Below, in pieces: positions 1 through 10,500 of a stretch of 64,000 bases of DNA. Within the stretch, counting starts at the first letter, position 1; every line of letters begins with the position of its first letter. Both the position numbers and the translations under genes were made by a program. The notes under the pieces are model-generated. The model saw only the letters and a list, made by a program, of their open reading frames with translations, searched no databases and was not told the origin of the DNA. Source of the DNA: Fibrobacterales bacterium (GTDB taxonomy: Bacteria; Fibrobacterota; Fibrobacteria; Fibrobacterales; JAOPTW01); assembly GCA_051532035.1 (NCBI GenBank), contig JAOPTW010000013.1, positions 128,001 through 192,000 on the forward strand, read 5' to 3'.

Positions 1-3000
1 TAGGCACATAGGAACCGGCAGGATCATAAATCACAGCGTCCCCACCATTTTCAATATAAAGAGCAGAATGGTCATTCATCCTAACTCCATAATACAAAGC
101 AGAAGTTGTGATTAAATAAGTTTCCAAACCATTGGGGTCAATTGCATTAACAGGATTATTTCCAACATAATTATACCCTGAATGATATTCCCTTTTAGGA
201 TCAACACTAGTCCACAACCCAATATCAGCATCATAGTACCTAGCACCGAAATCATATAACCCAATCTCTGGTATCCATCGTTGTCCAGTAAACATAACGG
301 GAGGGTTTATTGTCGAATGACTAATGTACTCCCATGAACTATTGTAAATTTTAAAGGAGCCATATGGCTCATACAAGTATCGTTCAAGAATTGTACCTGC
401 ATTATTAGTTATAGCAACGACGCTATTCAAATGATTTAAATGAAAATAAAACATCTCATTATTTGTTGAGAATGATATCGGTTCATTTATACCTGGCCCC
501 CAAATAACCTTTTGCTCTAAATTCCCTCCTGGTGCCAGACGTAAAATTTCATTTAGACCATCATATAACGGAAAGGAAACCGCTGTTCCATTTCTAATTT
601 CAGAGACATAACCAAGTGGCCCCCGTTTCAAGCTTATAGAAGTAGATCCATTTATTGCTGATAACAACTTATTCTCTGCGTCATACGTATATTTCCAGTT
701 ATTCTTCATTACACGATTCCCCGCTTTATCATATTCCAAAGAAATAACATCTGTTCCAGTCACGGTCTTTGTCTGATTAGCTAAATCAACATCAAGTACT
801 TTAGAATTATTCTCATTTTTTATGACAACATTACCCGTTTGGTCATATTGATACATATTATTTATTTCACCGTATTGTCCAATTCGATAAGCGCTTAGTA
901 ATTGAGAGTTAAGAGAATATGAAAATTTTTCACTAAAGGGTGTATCAGAGATGTTTGTTATTCGATCCCGAACGTCATAATTATATCTTGTTTCCTGAAC
1001 CTCACCTTCTGATAAACCTAATAAAGGTATGCCAAAGTGATAATATCTATTTTGTTGCACTCCATTTCCCAGCTGCTTCATAGACACTTTGCCGTGCTCT
1101 CTATACTCATAGTTAACAACAGGAATACCTCCATCTTTAATTTCTGAAACGAGATTTTTCTCATTATAGCCATATTCTACATCTAAAAAAGGTAAGGATT
1201 CCAATTTTTTTCTATTACCATCACTGTCATAGCTATAGTTTACAACCTGTTTAAACTCACCAGGTACTTCATGAGTTGTAGACTTTAGTTGATTCGCCGT
1301 ATTATAAGTGAAGCTCATTTTTTTATTTTTATTCTGTATAGTCTTTACCCGTCCCGCCATATCATAGCTAGTACCAACAGTAGGGGTTTCATCAGAATAG
1401 CATCTGTTAATCTCTCGATTTCTTGAATCATAGGTATATTCAGTCCAAATATTATTTGCATTTAATCTTCTACTAATATTACCGCCCCCATCGTACCAAT
1501 TCGCTTCAAATAATTTAGATTGACCTTTTTCGCTAGGGTTGGTTTTTAAAACAACTCTATCCTGAGCATCGTAATATGTCCCGGTTTTTCTTCCCTGTGG
1601 ATCAGTGGTTACTTGTAATTTTCCACTCTTAGAATAGTCATATTTAGTCTTATCACCGAGTTCATTAATGAATGCTTTTTTTCTGTTCATTGAATCGTAT
1701 GTATAAGTCACAGCAGTATTATCTGGATATGTAATTTCTAAAATATTCCCAACTAAGTCGCGCTCCCAAATCGTTGTTCTGTAATATAAACCAGATTGGG
1801 TTGGATTATCAATATTAAAGGTAAATACTTGTTTTGATATTAACTTGTCACGGTAATCATAAGTTCTTTTAATTTTATTTAGGAAAGGGTCGACTTCCTC
1901 TATCAAATTTCCGTTCCCATCATATTTATATGTATAATCAGATGCCTCGTCAGTTCCTGCAGCAACGGTTTTTGAGATAAGCTGAAACTCATTATCATAT
2001 TTAAAAGTTGTAGTTTTTCCGCTAGGTTCAATGATTTTTGCTGGCTTCTCATTAACATAAGCATAGGGCCCAAATTCATCATGAGTATAATCCCAGGTGG
2101 TCTTTTGGCCAAGAGCATTAATTTCATATCTTAAACGATTATAGAAATCATAATCATACATTTTATAAGATTCATTATCGAACTCTAAAATCATTTTTCC
2201 AGCATGATTATACTGATAAAACTTAAATGATTCATCTGCATAGGTAATTCTTGAAACCAATCCTCTATCTGAAATCATAACGTTATTATATCTTTCATAT
2301 TCATAGGTTGTGATATTTCCATTAGGATCAGTCTCGGTTTTAACTCTATCTTCCCAAGGATGACCGTCTGAATAGTAAGTATATTTAGTAAAATATTTTT
2401 TCTCCTCGAAAGAAGGAGGCCAATATTTAAGTAATCTACCCATTGCATCATATTCCCAGTACTCAGTTGCCCCATTTTTTAATTTATGGCTACCAGCTTG
2501 AGCATAAATATTGTAATTATTCCATTGTTCATAAGTCCCATCAGGATAAGTAACTTGCTTTAAAAGGTGATTTTCCCAATAGTCATAACTAGTTACTCTT
2601 CCCATTTCATCTGTTTTTGTTTTTATGTAATAAGGATTGGATTCATCAGTATAAGTGTAGCTAACTGAATGTTGCTCGTTGCCATTTACATATGTTATAT
2701 TCTTAATGTTTGAATTTATAGGATTATAATCATATAAGGTACTATATCCATTTGGGTTCTTTATTTCGCGTATGTTATTTGAGAGCCAACCAAATTTACT
2801 TTTTTGTTCTTCCCAAGAAAAAGGTAAATAATTCCACTCCTTCCCATTAGCATTGATGTATATCCTACCCAGCTCCCAAAGCTGTCCGCCTTCACCTTCA
2901 TGGTTGTGTATAGATCTAGTCGCTCCATTTGGGAGTCGTTCAAAATCTGCAGTTCCTAAACGAGTACGAAACTGAAGTTCAGGATTACCACGTATTAATT

Positions 3001-4015
3001 CAGATAAAACAACATCAAAAATTCCATTTGTTACTTTTTGAACCTGTAGCCGTACTAAAGAATGTTCATAATCATCAGGGGTTTTCAACACCTCGTAATG
3101 ATACTTGATCCTTGGAAGAGGATTGACTGACCTTGTATCAACAAACTCTTTTGGTAGGCCTATTGTTGCGGTACCATCATCTTCATAATATTCGTACTTT
3201 GCTACAGAGCCATCTGAATATATTACTTCAGAGATGACAGGTAAGTCAAATGTTTTTTGAGATTTGTTTGTAAATACTACTTTTTGACCCGCACTGGAGG
3301 AAGCTTCAACTATTGCCCTATCATTCCATTTAAATTTGATCCACCTTCCTGATGCATCGGTTATTTCAGTTGGCCCTAAAATACTATTTGCTTTTATTTG
3401 AATTTCAACTCCATTCGGGTCTACTATTCTGTTACTAACATATGTATCAAAAATATCTTCATTACCAGCATAAAGACTATTTAAAGGATATGGCTTAACA
3501 ACTTTTTTAAAGTAAACCTTTGTTCCATCATCAAGAATTAAAACGGGCAATGTTGTTGAAGGTGGGCTCCAAATTAATCTATCTGATGACTCTATTGACT
3601 TATAAGTAAAAATATCATTGTCTACAAATTTACGATAACTTTGACGAACTCCTGATGGAGTAGTGACTATAACGTCCCTAAACCTACCTGCCCTTGTTGC
3701 AATTCGATAGAAGTGTTCAAAATTCCAAGTTGAAAAATTCCTATCAGCAGGTGAACCGGCTGACAATTTTTCTATATAGGTTGAGATTGAGCGTGTACAT
3801 TGAAGTGGGACCTTCCCTACTGATCCAGGTACAATAAAATCAACTACTTTACGAACAGGTACGCCTGAAGCTAGAGATACATTCCCTGTAGCGTCAAGTT
3901 GTTTTGGTCCGTCTGGCCTACCAGGTAATTCATTCGGAGTATCCTGCTCAGCAAAAGTATGACTCACTAGAAAAAAAATTAATATAACCAAATAAGGAGT
4001 GTATAATATTTTCAT
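1..4015 (-). CDS. RHS/YD-repeat protein with Sec-type signal peptide; 3' end (putative toxin domain) runs off the left edge
   Basis: Absent from the ORF track because there is no stop in the window. Hand translation from ATG 4015 gives MKILYTPYLVILIFFLVSHTFA. Spot checks in the same frame give YD repeats (TTFKYDNEFQ, YTYDAENKLL) and the RHS core FTGQRWIPEIGLYDFGARYYDADIGLWTSVDP...YNYVGNNPVNAIDPNGL near 125-300. Confidence 0.93.
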   Translation of the reverse strand, partial: MKILYTPYLVILIFFLVSHTFAEQDTPNELPGRPDGPKQLDATGNVSLASGVPVRKVVDFIVPGSVGKVPLQCTRSISTYIEKLSAGSPADRNFSTWNFEHFYRIATRAGRFRDVIVTTPSGVRQSYRKFVDNDIFTYKSIESSDRLIWSPPSTTLPVLILDDGTKVYFKKVVKPYPLNSLYAGNEDIFDTYVSNRIVDPNGVEIQIKANSILGPTEITDASGRWIKFKWNDRAIVEASSSAGQKVVFTNKSQKTFDLPVISEVIYSDGSVAKYEYYEDDGTATIGLPKEFVDTRSVNPLPRIKYHYEVLKTPDDYEHSLVRLQVQKVTNGIFDVVLSELIRGNPELQFRTRLGTADFERLPNGATRSIHNHEGEGGQLWELGRIYINANGKEWNYLPFSWEEQKSKFGWLSNNIREIKNPNGYSTLYDYNPINSNIKNITYVNGNEQHSVSYTYTDESNPYYIKTKTDEMGRVTSYDYWENHLLKQVTYPDGTYEQWNNYNIYAQAGSHKLKNGATEYWEYDAMGRLLKYWPPSFEEKKYFTKYTYYSDGHPWEDRVKTETDPNGNITTYEYERYNNVMISDRGLVSRITYADESFKFYQYNHAGKMILEFDNESYKMYDYDFYNRLRYEINALGQKTTWDYTHDEFGPYAYVNEKPAKIIEPSGKTTTFKYDNEFQLISKTVAAGTDEASDYTYKYDGNGNLIEEVDPFLNKIKRTYDYRDKLISKQVFTFNIDNPTQSGLYYRTTIWERDLVGNILEITYPDNTAVTYTYDSMNRKKAFINELGDKTKYDYSKSGKLQVTTDPQGRKTGTYYDAQDRVVLKTNPSEKGQSKLFEANWYDGGGNISRRLNANNIWTEYTYDSRNREINRCYSDETPTVGTSYDMAGRVKTIQNKNKKMSFTYNTANQLKSTTHEVPGEFKQVVNYSYDSDGNRKKLESLPFLDVEYGYNEKNLVSEIKDGGIPVVNYEYREHGKVSMKQLGNGVQQNRYYHFGIPLLGLSEGEVQETRYNYDVRDRITNISDTPFSEKFSYSLNSQLLSAYRIGQYGEINNMYQYDQTGNVVIKNENNSKVLDVDLANQTKTVTGTDVISLEYDKAGNRVMKNNWKYTYDAENKLLSAINGSTSISLKRGPLGYVSEIRNGTAVSFPLYDGLNEILRLAPGGNLEQKVIWGPGINEPISFSTNNEMFYFHLNHLNSVVAITNNAGTILERYLYEPYGSFKIYNSSWEYISHSTINPPVMFTGQRWIPEIGLYDFGARYYDADIGLWTSVDPKREYHSGYNYVGNNPVNAIDPNGLETYLITTSALYYGVRMNDHSALYIENGGDAVIYDPAGSYVP

Positions 4016-4016
4016 T

Positions 4017-4175
4017 TTATAAATTTCCTTTGGCTACAGACCCCGGAATTACAAAATCTACTACTTTCCTAGCTGGTTGGGCAGAAACAAAATCAACATC
4101 CCCAGCTCTATCAACTTTTTTGATCCCCTCTAAAACACATTTAATAGTAAAACACAAGAGTAAATAATTTTTCAT
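4017..4175 (-). pseudogene. 52-aa ORF, truncated paralogue of the RHS N-terminus
   Basis: Hand translation MKNYLLLCFTIKCVLEGIKKVDRAGDVDFVSAQPARKVVDFVIPGSVAKGNL* aligns with the RHS segment GPKQLDATGNVSLASGVPVRKVVDFIVPGSVGKVPL. Its stop lies 1 nt before the RHS ATG. Confidence 0.7.
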
Positions 4176-4283
4176 AAATATATCCTGAATATTGTATTAT
4201 TCAAATTTGACTTTTTAACATAATTATTAGACTAGCACAATTCTATTAACGTTAGAATTGCTCATTACAAATCATTTATTAAT

Positions 4284-4742
4284 TCACATAGATGGAGGAA
4301 TAGAAGGTAATAGCATATGAGGCTGAATTATTACGCTGGGTTGTAATACTTGATTCATCATAGTACTACTTATCGCCACGTTGGCTTGAAGCGCCTGATT
4401 CATCACACTAACATTCATGTTAACATTTTGTAGTAAGACCTGACTTGTTAACAACAAAATTTCAGCTCCATGCCTTGCCTCCAAATACATTCTTTCCTCC
4501 TCAACGTCTTCTTTTATAGCAGTTAACTCTTCAACAACTCCAACATCAAAAGGTATTTTACTTAATATCTGCATAGAAATAAGTGCATCAATTGCATTTT
4601 CTCTTTCCTGATATTTTAATTCCGAGTTACAATTACATTCGTCAACACTACCAATTTCATCAATACAGTCGGAAGCATATGTGAATGAGCTAATCATTAT
4701 TAAACCTGTAATAAGCAAAGTAAATTTCATTTTAATCTTCAA
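4284..4742 (-). CDS. Secreted hypothetical protein with N/Q-rich 15-aa-repeat C-terminal tail (start may be ATG 4730)
   Basis: Signal peptide MKFTLLITGLIMISSFTYA. Tail NMNVSVMNQALQANV-AISSTMMNQVLQPSVIIQPH is homologous to the tail of 7523..10534. Confidence 0.8.
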   Translation of the reverse strand: MKIKMKFTLLITGLIMISSFTYASDCIDEIGSVDECNCNSELKYQERENAIDALISMQILSKIPFDVGVVEELTAIKEDVEEERMYLEARHGAEILLLTSQVLLQNVNMNVSVMNQALQANVAISSTMMNQVLQPSVIIQPHMLLPSIPPSM

Positions 4743-5171
4743 TCCTATCTTATAATCGTTTTATTTTAGTAGTAAGACTATGATCATATCTGAGGAAATG
4801 ACCACATTATTTTTTGCTTCGCCAATAGTAAAAATCAAAAGACATAAATGTATATCTTACTTTACCAATTTCTATGTCTGAATATCTTGAAAGAGACAAA
4901 TATAATCTATGACTTATCTACTACTCATCATGTTATGTGTTTTTTACAATAGGTAAGACTATTGCAGCTTACCATGGGGAAGCAAGCCCTTGTCTCAGTT
5001 CAAAATGTCCGGTTGATTACCTAATAAATGGGGCGAAATTGATTAATAATGAGACAAAAATATACTGGAAAAGAAAAACTCATTAAAGAATCAAAAAGCC
5101 TGAGTTACCATCTATCAAGCTTTTGTCAGAGGAATTAAAGATACCAAAAGCTACATCGTATGCCTGGAGCT

Positions 5172-5395
5172 ATAACTGCAAGGTATGCGGATGTAAAATC
5201 AACTATGGAAAATATTCTGTGAGCCTTGTAAAGCAAACTTTTACCATTGATAATAGCAATGACACTATTTTTTCATAGTTGCTTACCGAGGTGGTGTTGC
5301 TAAGGTGATGTTGTTTATGTGATCATTATGGTAGTCATAACTTTGAGATGTGTTATTTATTTGGAGTCACGGCAATGGCGTTCACCACATATTAC
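5172..5395. repeat. Non-coding direct repeat, copy 1 (core 5172-5336)
   Basis: The 165-bp core matches 10954-11118 with 4 substitutions by eye. Weaker similarity continues to the shared CACCACATATTAC. Confidence 0.92.
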
Positions 5396-5582
5396 TGATA
5401 AGACATGAGTACATCATTGTCACCATCAAGTACGGCAAAATAACGCATATTTCACGAGCAAAACACCGTTCCCCAAGTGACACAATAAGCTCCCCCACTT
5501 ACACAATACGGTCCGCTAGTAAAACAATGGAACCGATTGGGATGCGAGTGAATTTACCGATAGAAAGGCGTCAACTATCTCT

Positions 5583-6113
5583 ATGGTAATTAATCAGTAC
5601 AACAATCCTATTGTTGCTTATTTCACATCAGCAGGAACTGTTGAGATTAAAAAAATGAGCATTTACCCTGAGGCACAAACTGATTGGGACCCTACAGCAG
5701 ATTATCAAATTGTTAATAAACTCAGTGGAAAATGTCTTGATGTTGCAGAAGCATCTTTATGGAATGGTGCCAATATACAGCAGTGGGATTGTTATGCAGG
5801 ACAAAATCAGCTCTGGAGTATTGTTACAGTAGGCGAGCATTATAAAATCATTAACAAACACAGCGGTAAAGCGTTAGATATCGCAGAGTGGTCGTGGAAT
5901 AATGGCGGCAACATTCATCAGTGGGATTATGTGAATGGTGCTAACCAACAATGGTCTATCTCCCCTATTTCAGAATCATACTTCGCTATTGGTAGTGCTA
6001 TGAATCAAAAAGTTCTCGATGTTGCAGCATGGTCAATAGACAATGGTGGGAATATCCATCAGTGGGACTTTGTGAATGGTGATAATCAGTTATGGGAAAT
6101 TGTTAAGAACTAA
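5583..6113 (+). CDS. Ricin-B-type (QxW) beta-trefoil lectin domain protein, probably a 5'-truncated remnant
   Basis: Three repeats of K(C/A/V)LD(V/I)A..S..NG.NI.QW...G.NQ.W. No signal peptide. In-frame coding-like sequence upstream (NGTDWDASEFTDRKASTIS) is preceded by TAG TAA. Confidence 0.85.
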   Translation: MVINQYNNPIVAYFTSAGTVEIKKMSIYPEAQTDWDPTADYQIVNKLSGKCLDVAEASLWNGANIQQWDCYAGQNQLWSIVTVGEHYKIINKHSGKALDIAEWSWNNGGNIHQWDYVNGANQQWSISPISESYFAIGSAMNQKVLDVAAWSIDNGGNIHQWDFVNGDNQLWEIVKN

Positions 6114-6142
6114 TCGAGTAGAAGCAATCAATTAGTTTAATG

Positions 6143-6170
6143 AAAAAGCCGAGCATATTTGCTCGGCTTA
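6143..6170. terminator. Intrinsic terminator hairpin between convergent genes
   Basis: AAAAAGCCGAGCA-TATT-TGCTCGGCTT; the A-tract gives a U-tail on the minus strand. Confidence 0.75.
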
Positions 6171-6258
6171 TACGATGTATTTTTTTAAAACATGACAATT
6201 CAGACTAGAATTCACCTTTTTATAAATTGAACTATTGATGAGTTAAAATTTTGTACTT

Positions 6259-6621
6259 TTACTTCATTAAACGAACAGAAACTATTTCAGTTGCATGAGG
6301 GATACCTTCCCCATCATCGTTAATATAAATAACCAACTTAGTTCCCGTATTCATAGCATTAAGTATAAGAGTTAGCATAGAACTGTAACCCGGATTATTA
6401 TATGCAATATAAAAATTAGGTTTTTTCCCACATGGTACCCTTGGTGTTACCAAAATCGTATTAGTTTGATCAATAGCGCCAATATCATACCGAGTACCAT
6501 TTGCATACAAATCTTTCACTTCTACATTTGCACAAGAAAGTACAGGATTGGAAAACGCATTCCCCGCAAAAACACTCACAAGAAGAACTGCACCGACCAT
6601 CATTTGTTTTAACATTTTCAT
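6259..6621 (-). CDS. Small secreted protein, AB5 B-subunit-like/OB-fold candidate (paralogue 1)
   Basis: Signal peptide ending AGNAFS, two Cys, motif YSSMLTLILNAMNTGTKLVIY; paralogous to 7126..7482. The fold call is inference. Confidence 0.8.
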   Translation of the reverse strand: MKMLKQMMVGAVLLVSVFAGNAFSNPVLSCANVEVKDLYANGTRYDIGAIDQTNTILVTPRVPCGKKPNFYIAYNNPGYSSMLTLILNAMNTGTKLVIYINDDGEGIPHATEIVSVRLMK

Positions 6622-6742
6622 AATTTTTCCTTTTTTATTTTAGTTATTGTTTATTGAATTTTTAAGGTATTACAATATTTTGCATGACGTGTGGCTGGAT
6701 AGCGATACTTGGCATCATGACTTGATTTATTAAGCTGTTGTT
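6553..6742. repeat. ~190-bp near-identical duplication (other copy 7414-7603) covering tail-gene 3' end, spacer and signal peptide of the small gene
   Basis: Direct alignment, e.g. TTAAGGTATTACAATATTTTGCATGACGTGTGGCTGGATAGCGATACTTGGCATCATGACTTG occurs at 6662 and 7523. Confidence 0.92.
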
Positions 6743-6844
6743 AATAGTCGGGCTGTACATGCCTAGGACCTAAGAGAAAAGATGCATGAGAGGTATATCA
6801 ATAATATCCAACTTCAAACTTTTACACCCGATCATATTAGTTTC
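6662..6844 (-). pseudogene. Orphan C-terminal remnant of a paralogue of the 1003-aa PKD protein
   Basis: Hand translation ETNMIGCKSLKLDIIDIPLMHLFS*VLGMYSPTINNSLINQVMMPSIAIQPHVMQNIVIP* versus ATHLVSCKTMEIEIVKPPLTHLFSQVLGMHSPAINNSL...; in-frame TAG at 6770-6772. Confidence 0.85.
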
Positions 6845-7125
6845 TTTTTTATAGTGACTATTCTTTTACCTTACAATCTGGAAATATCAAGTCAAGCTGA
6901 AGCCTACAGATTTGACGAACTGAGAGCTGTCGAGCAGTTTGGACTTGACCTGACGAAGGTAAGTACGAAGTATTCAAATAGACTGAAGGACTCATTGAAT
7001 AATCCTATCGGGAGTACAATAAAGAAGCGGTACCCATAGGGTCGTTACCTTTTTATTGTACTACTAACTTGACCATAAAAATTAATGAGTATTCTACATG
7101 ATTTATACAATCAGGATATTATACA

Positions 7126-7482
7126 TTAGTTTTGCTGGAGTACGAAAATTATTTCTGAGGCATCTAGCGTTTCTTTCTCATTTGGATTAACATAAAAATC
7201 AAGTCTTTTCCCTGTATTTTGTGAATTTAATATTAGTGTAAGTATTGCACTATATTCGGGCTTGTTTAAATGCATAAACAAATAAGGATTAGCGCCACAT
7301 TGAGTTACAGGTCTTATCAATATCCTATTTGCATGTGATGGGTAATCTGTTCGACTTCCTTGAACATAGAGATTCTTAACTTGAACATTTTCACACATAA
7401 TTTCACCTACAGCAAACGCATTCCCCGCAAACACACTCGCAAGAAGAACTGCACCGACCATCATTTGTTTTAAAATTTTCAT
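7126..7482 (-). CDS. Small secreted protein, AB5 B-subunit-like/OB-fold candidate (paralogue 2)
   Basis: Signal peptide nearly identical to paralogue 1, two Cys, motif YSAILTLILNSQNTGKRLDFY and C-terminal ASEIIFV. Confidence 0.8.
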   Translation of the reverse strand: MKILKQMMVGAVLLASVFAGNAFAVGEIMCENVQVKNLYVQGSRTDYPSHANRILIRPVTQCGANPYLFMHLNKPEYSAILTLILNSQNTGKRLDFYVNPNEKETLDASEIIFVLQQN

Positions 7483-7522
7483 ATTTGTTCCTTTTTTTAT
7501 TTTGTTATTGTTTATTGAATTT

Positions 7523-10500
7523 TTAAGGTATTACAATATTTTGCATGACGTGTGGCTGGATAGCGATACTTGGCATCATGACTTGATTTATTAAGCTGTT
7601 GTTTATTGCGATATTATTTTGCAATACTTGATTCATCATACTGTTATTGATTGCGATATTGTTTTGCAATACTTGATTCATTAGACTGTTGTTGATCGCT
7701 GGACTATGCATGCCGAGAACTTGTGAGAACAGATGAGTCAAAGGTGGTTTAACAATCTCAATCTCCATAGTCTTACAACTAACCAAATGTGTTGCATCTT
7801 CAGCGCATACCTTTACAGTATATGTTCCGTCTTTTGAATATGCGTGAGAGAAGATTTTAGCGAAATTACCCAAAAATCCATTAGTAATTGTTTCACTTGT
7901 GCCATCACCATAATCAATATAAATACTGCTAATATTATCTGAAGTACTACCGGTTAAACCAAATTTAATTTCGCTGCCTGAGATTAAAAAGTCGCTGTTC
8001 TGTTCCGGTAATGAAAGTTGAAATGTTGAAACGTCAGGGCGGTTTATAAAGATGTCTTTACATATTTCAGTTAATAGATTGTCCCTTGTGCATATTTTAG
8101 CACTATAATTGCCTGAGGTCTTGTGTGCATGATCTACTAAAAACGTAGTGCCTAAAGAATTATCATTTCGGACAATATTATCACCCAATACCCAATAGGA
8201 TAAATCATGGTAAGTATTGTCACTAAATTCAAGCCAAACATCTTTTAACGGCAAGGCATTTGGAAGATCTAAAGTTATTTCAAATGTTTCTATACTTGAA
8301 TTATGGCCAGCTCTTGATTCTATATGCTTAATGTCTGGTATATTTGCCAGTACGTCAACATTTACTAAAAGCTTCCCTCTCACCTCATTCGTTCGATTCT
8401 CATCCCGAAGAGTTACCTCATATGTATAGGCACCTGGAGACAAGAAAGTTAATAGCATAACATTCTCCAGATCTACCCCACCTCCATCTACCAAAGGAAC
8501 ACCTTTATTCAAATTATTTCCCTTTACACCCAACTCCACACCATCCCGCGCAAGGGGGACAATATTTAAAAATGGATCCGTACTCTTTGCTTGAGGTCCC
8601 TCTCCCGAATTACCACGATAGAAAGACTCCTTAGAGTGCTTTCCATTGAATTTACCGAAATACCCTACTGGAACTGCCCCCAAATAAAACCTTTCAACAT
8701 AATTATCTCTTGTAAGTGGGACAACATCATCATCATCAAAAGCATTCCATTCCTCGCTAAAATCAAATGTAAGAACATCACCATCGATGTAGTAATCCCA
8801 GCCATCTGTACCTGGTTGTGGATCATCAATTAAACAAGCAAGGAAACCCCAACATTTCCAACTATAACCAGTTGCTACAAAAACATACCCTAAGTCTGGA
8901 ATTTCTGTGTAGGTGTATGGGCCGCCGGTATATAAACTACCAAAAGTATTCATTCCTCCCACATTAAATGTCCTTGGTATCTTACCAGAAGGAATTATGA
9001 CCCTATACTCAACATCAATGTTCAAAGTGTTGCAGACATATTTATCATCTAGGGTAGTTATACATAAACCGATGGAATGTATACCTGTTAGCAACAAATC
9101 AAATGACTGTTCAACAGTCTCATATGGATATTTAACTATTTCTCCGTTTGGATTTCCCCATACCCATTCAATTGATTTTTTTTCAACTTTTGGCTTTCCC
9201 TTGAAATAATGTAGTCCAGCAATGCCTATTTGAGGAAAATCAGTATCCCATATTTGATACAATTCGATACCGTTAGAAATGGAAGGTTTACTTGTTGTAT
9301 TTGTATTTGTTAAAGGAGAGTTTATAGGCGGAGCTATAATTTCATCACCGCCAATAATAAGTTTTTTATTAACACACATACCACCAGCATCACCCTCTAG
9401 ACAGGTAGTCACCATGTATTCTCCAGGTTTATCAAAGCTGATAGAAATGCTTTTTTCTGCCTCCTCCCAGCCTGTGTAGTCTTTTTTACCTTCCTCTATA
9501 ACTTCGTTGTCGCTGTTTCTAACTTTAGTAACAGCGACAAGATTGGCACGATTAATTTTTGTGATATTAGTGGTTAGATTGACTTCTTCTCCAGTATTAT
9601 GGGAGTTTCTGTTCATTGTAAATTCGTCTATATGGGCGGGTAATACCGTTTGTTCCCAGATCATAGGTATACTTCGTTTGAGAATTCTACCTGTAAATTG
9701 CTGGTCTCCGTCTAATTCTCTATCCACAAGAGTCATCATACATACCTTTGAAAACATGCGATCATCACTGCTCAGATAATACTCGTCATAAGATAATACT
9801 GAAATATATTCCTGTTCAACACCTCCGAACTTATTACTGCCAACTTGTCTAAAAACACAAATTTTATCAAAATAGACATTGCGCATATCTATGCTGTTGT
9901 CTATATTCATTTTAAAAGCAATAGATTTGAACGAATTATGCATGGGGATTTGTGGCATAATAAAGGTATTTCCCGAGTAAAGATATGGAAATGATACACT
10001 TAATTCCTCTAAGCGTTCTGCTAACAACTCTAAACCTGGATCTAATTGAGGTAATTCCATAAAACTTTTATAATTCTCACCCGCAGTATGAAATGCCCAT
10101 TTGGATATTTTACCTCTCCAATCTAGGTCAATAAAGTTGTCAACAGTTGACATATCCCATTGAAGATAAATTTTCATATTAAAGTCTAAAGTTCCTGTCA
10201 TTTGAGACAACGTTATACATTCTTCTGTAAATGGCATAATTATTCCATTACAGCTATTGCCACCTTCATCTTCCGTATCACTAAAAAAACTTGGCAAATC
10301 ATCAAAGTTTAGTAAATGTAAGTCCTCCATTTTAGGTAAATACTCTCCGAACATTTCATAGGTACAACCACCAAATTCTGGTTTAAAATTACATTCAGCA
10401 GCTACATCCAAATCCGAGAACACATTAACCGACAGCCCACATCTTATATTTGTTAAACCACACACGGGATCTTGAGCAAGGCATAACTGTGGTATTAAAA

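Noticed and set aside
1903..2943. Three short minus-strand ORFs in the track
   Set aside because: They are alternative frames inside the long RHS gene.
5350..5589. 79-aa ORF
   Set aside because: It begins inside the non-coding repeat and has no protein-like features.
6782..7039. 85-aa plus-strand ORF or possible IS fragment
   Set aside because: It overlaps the antisense pseudogene remnant and shows no transposase motif or terminal inverted repeats.
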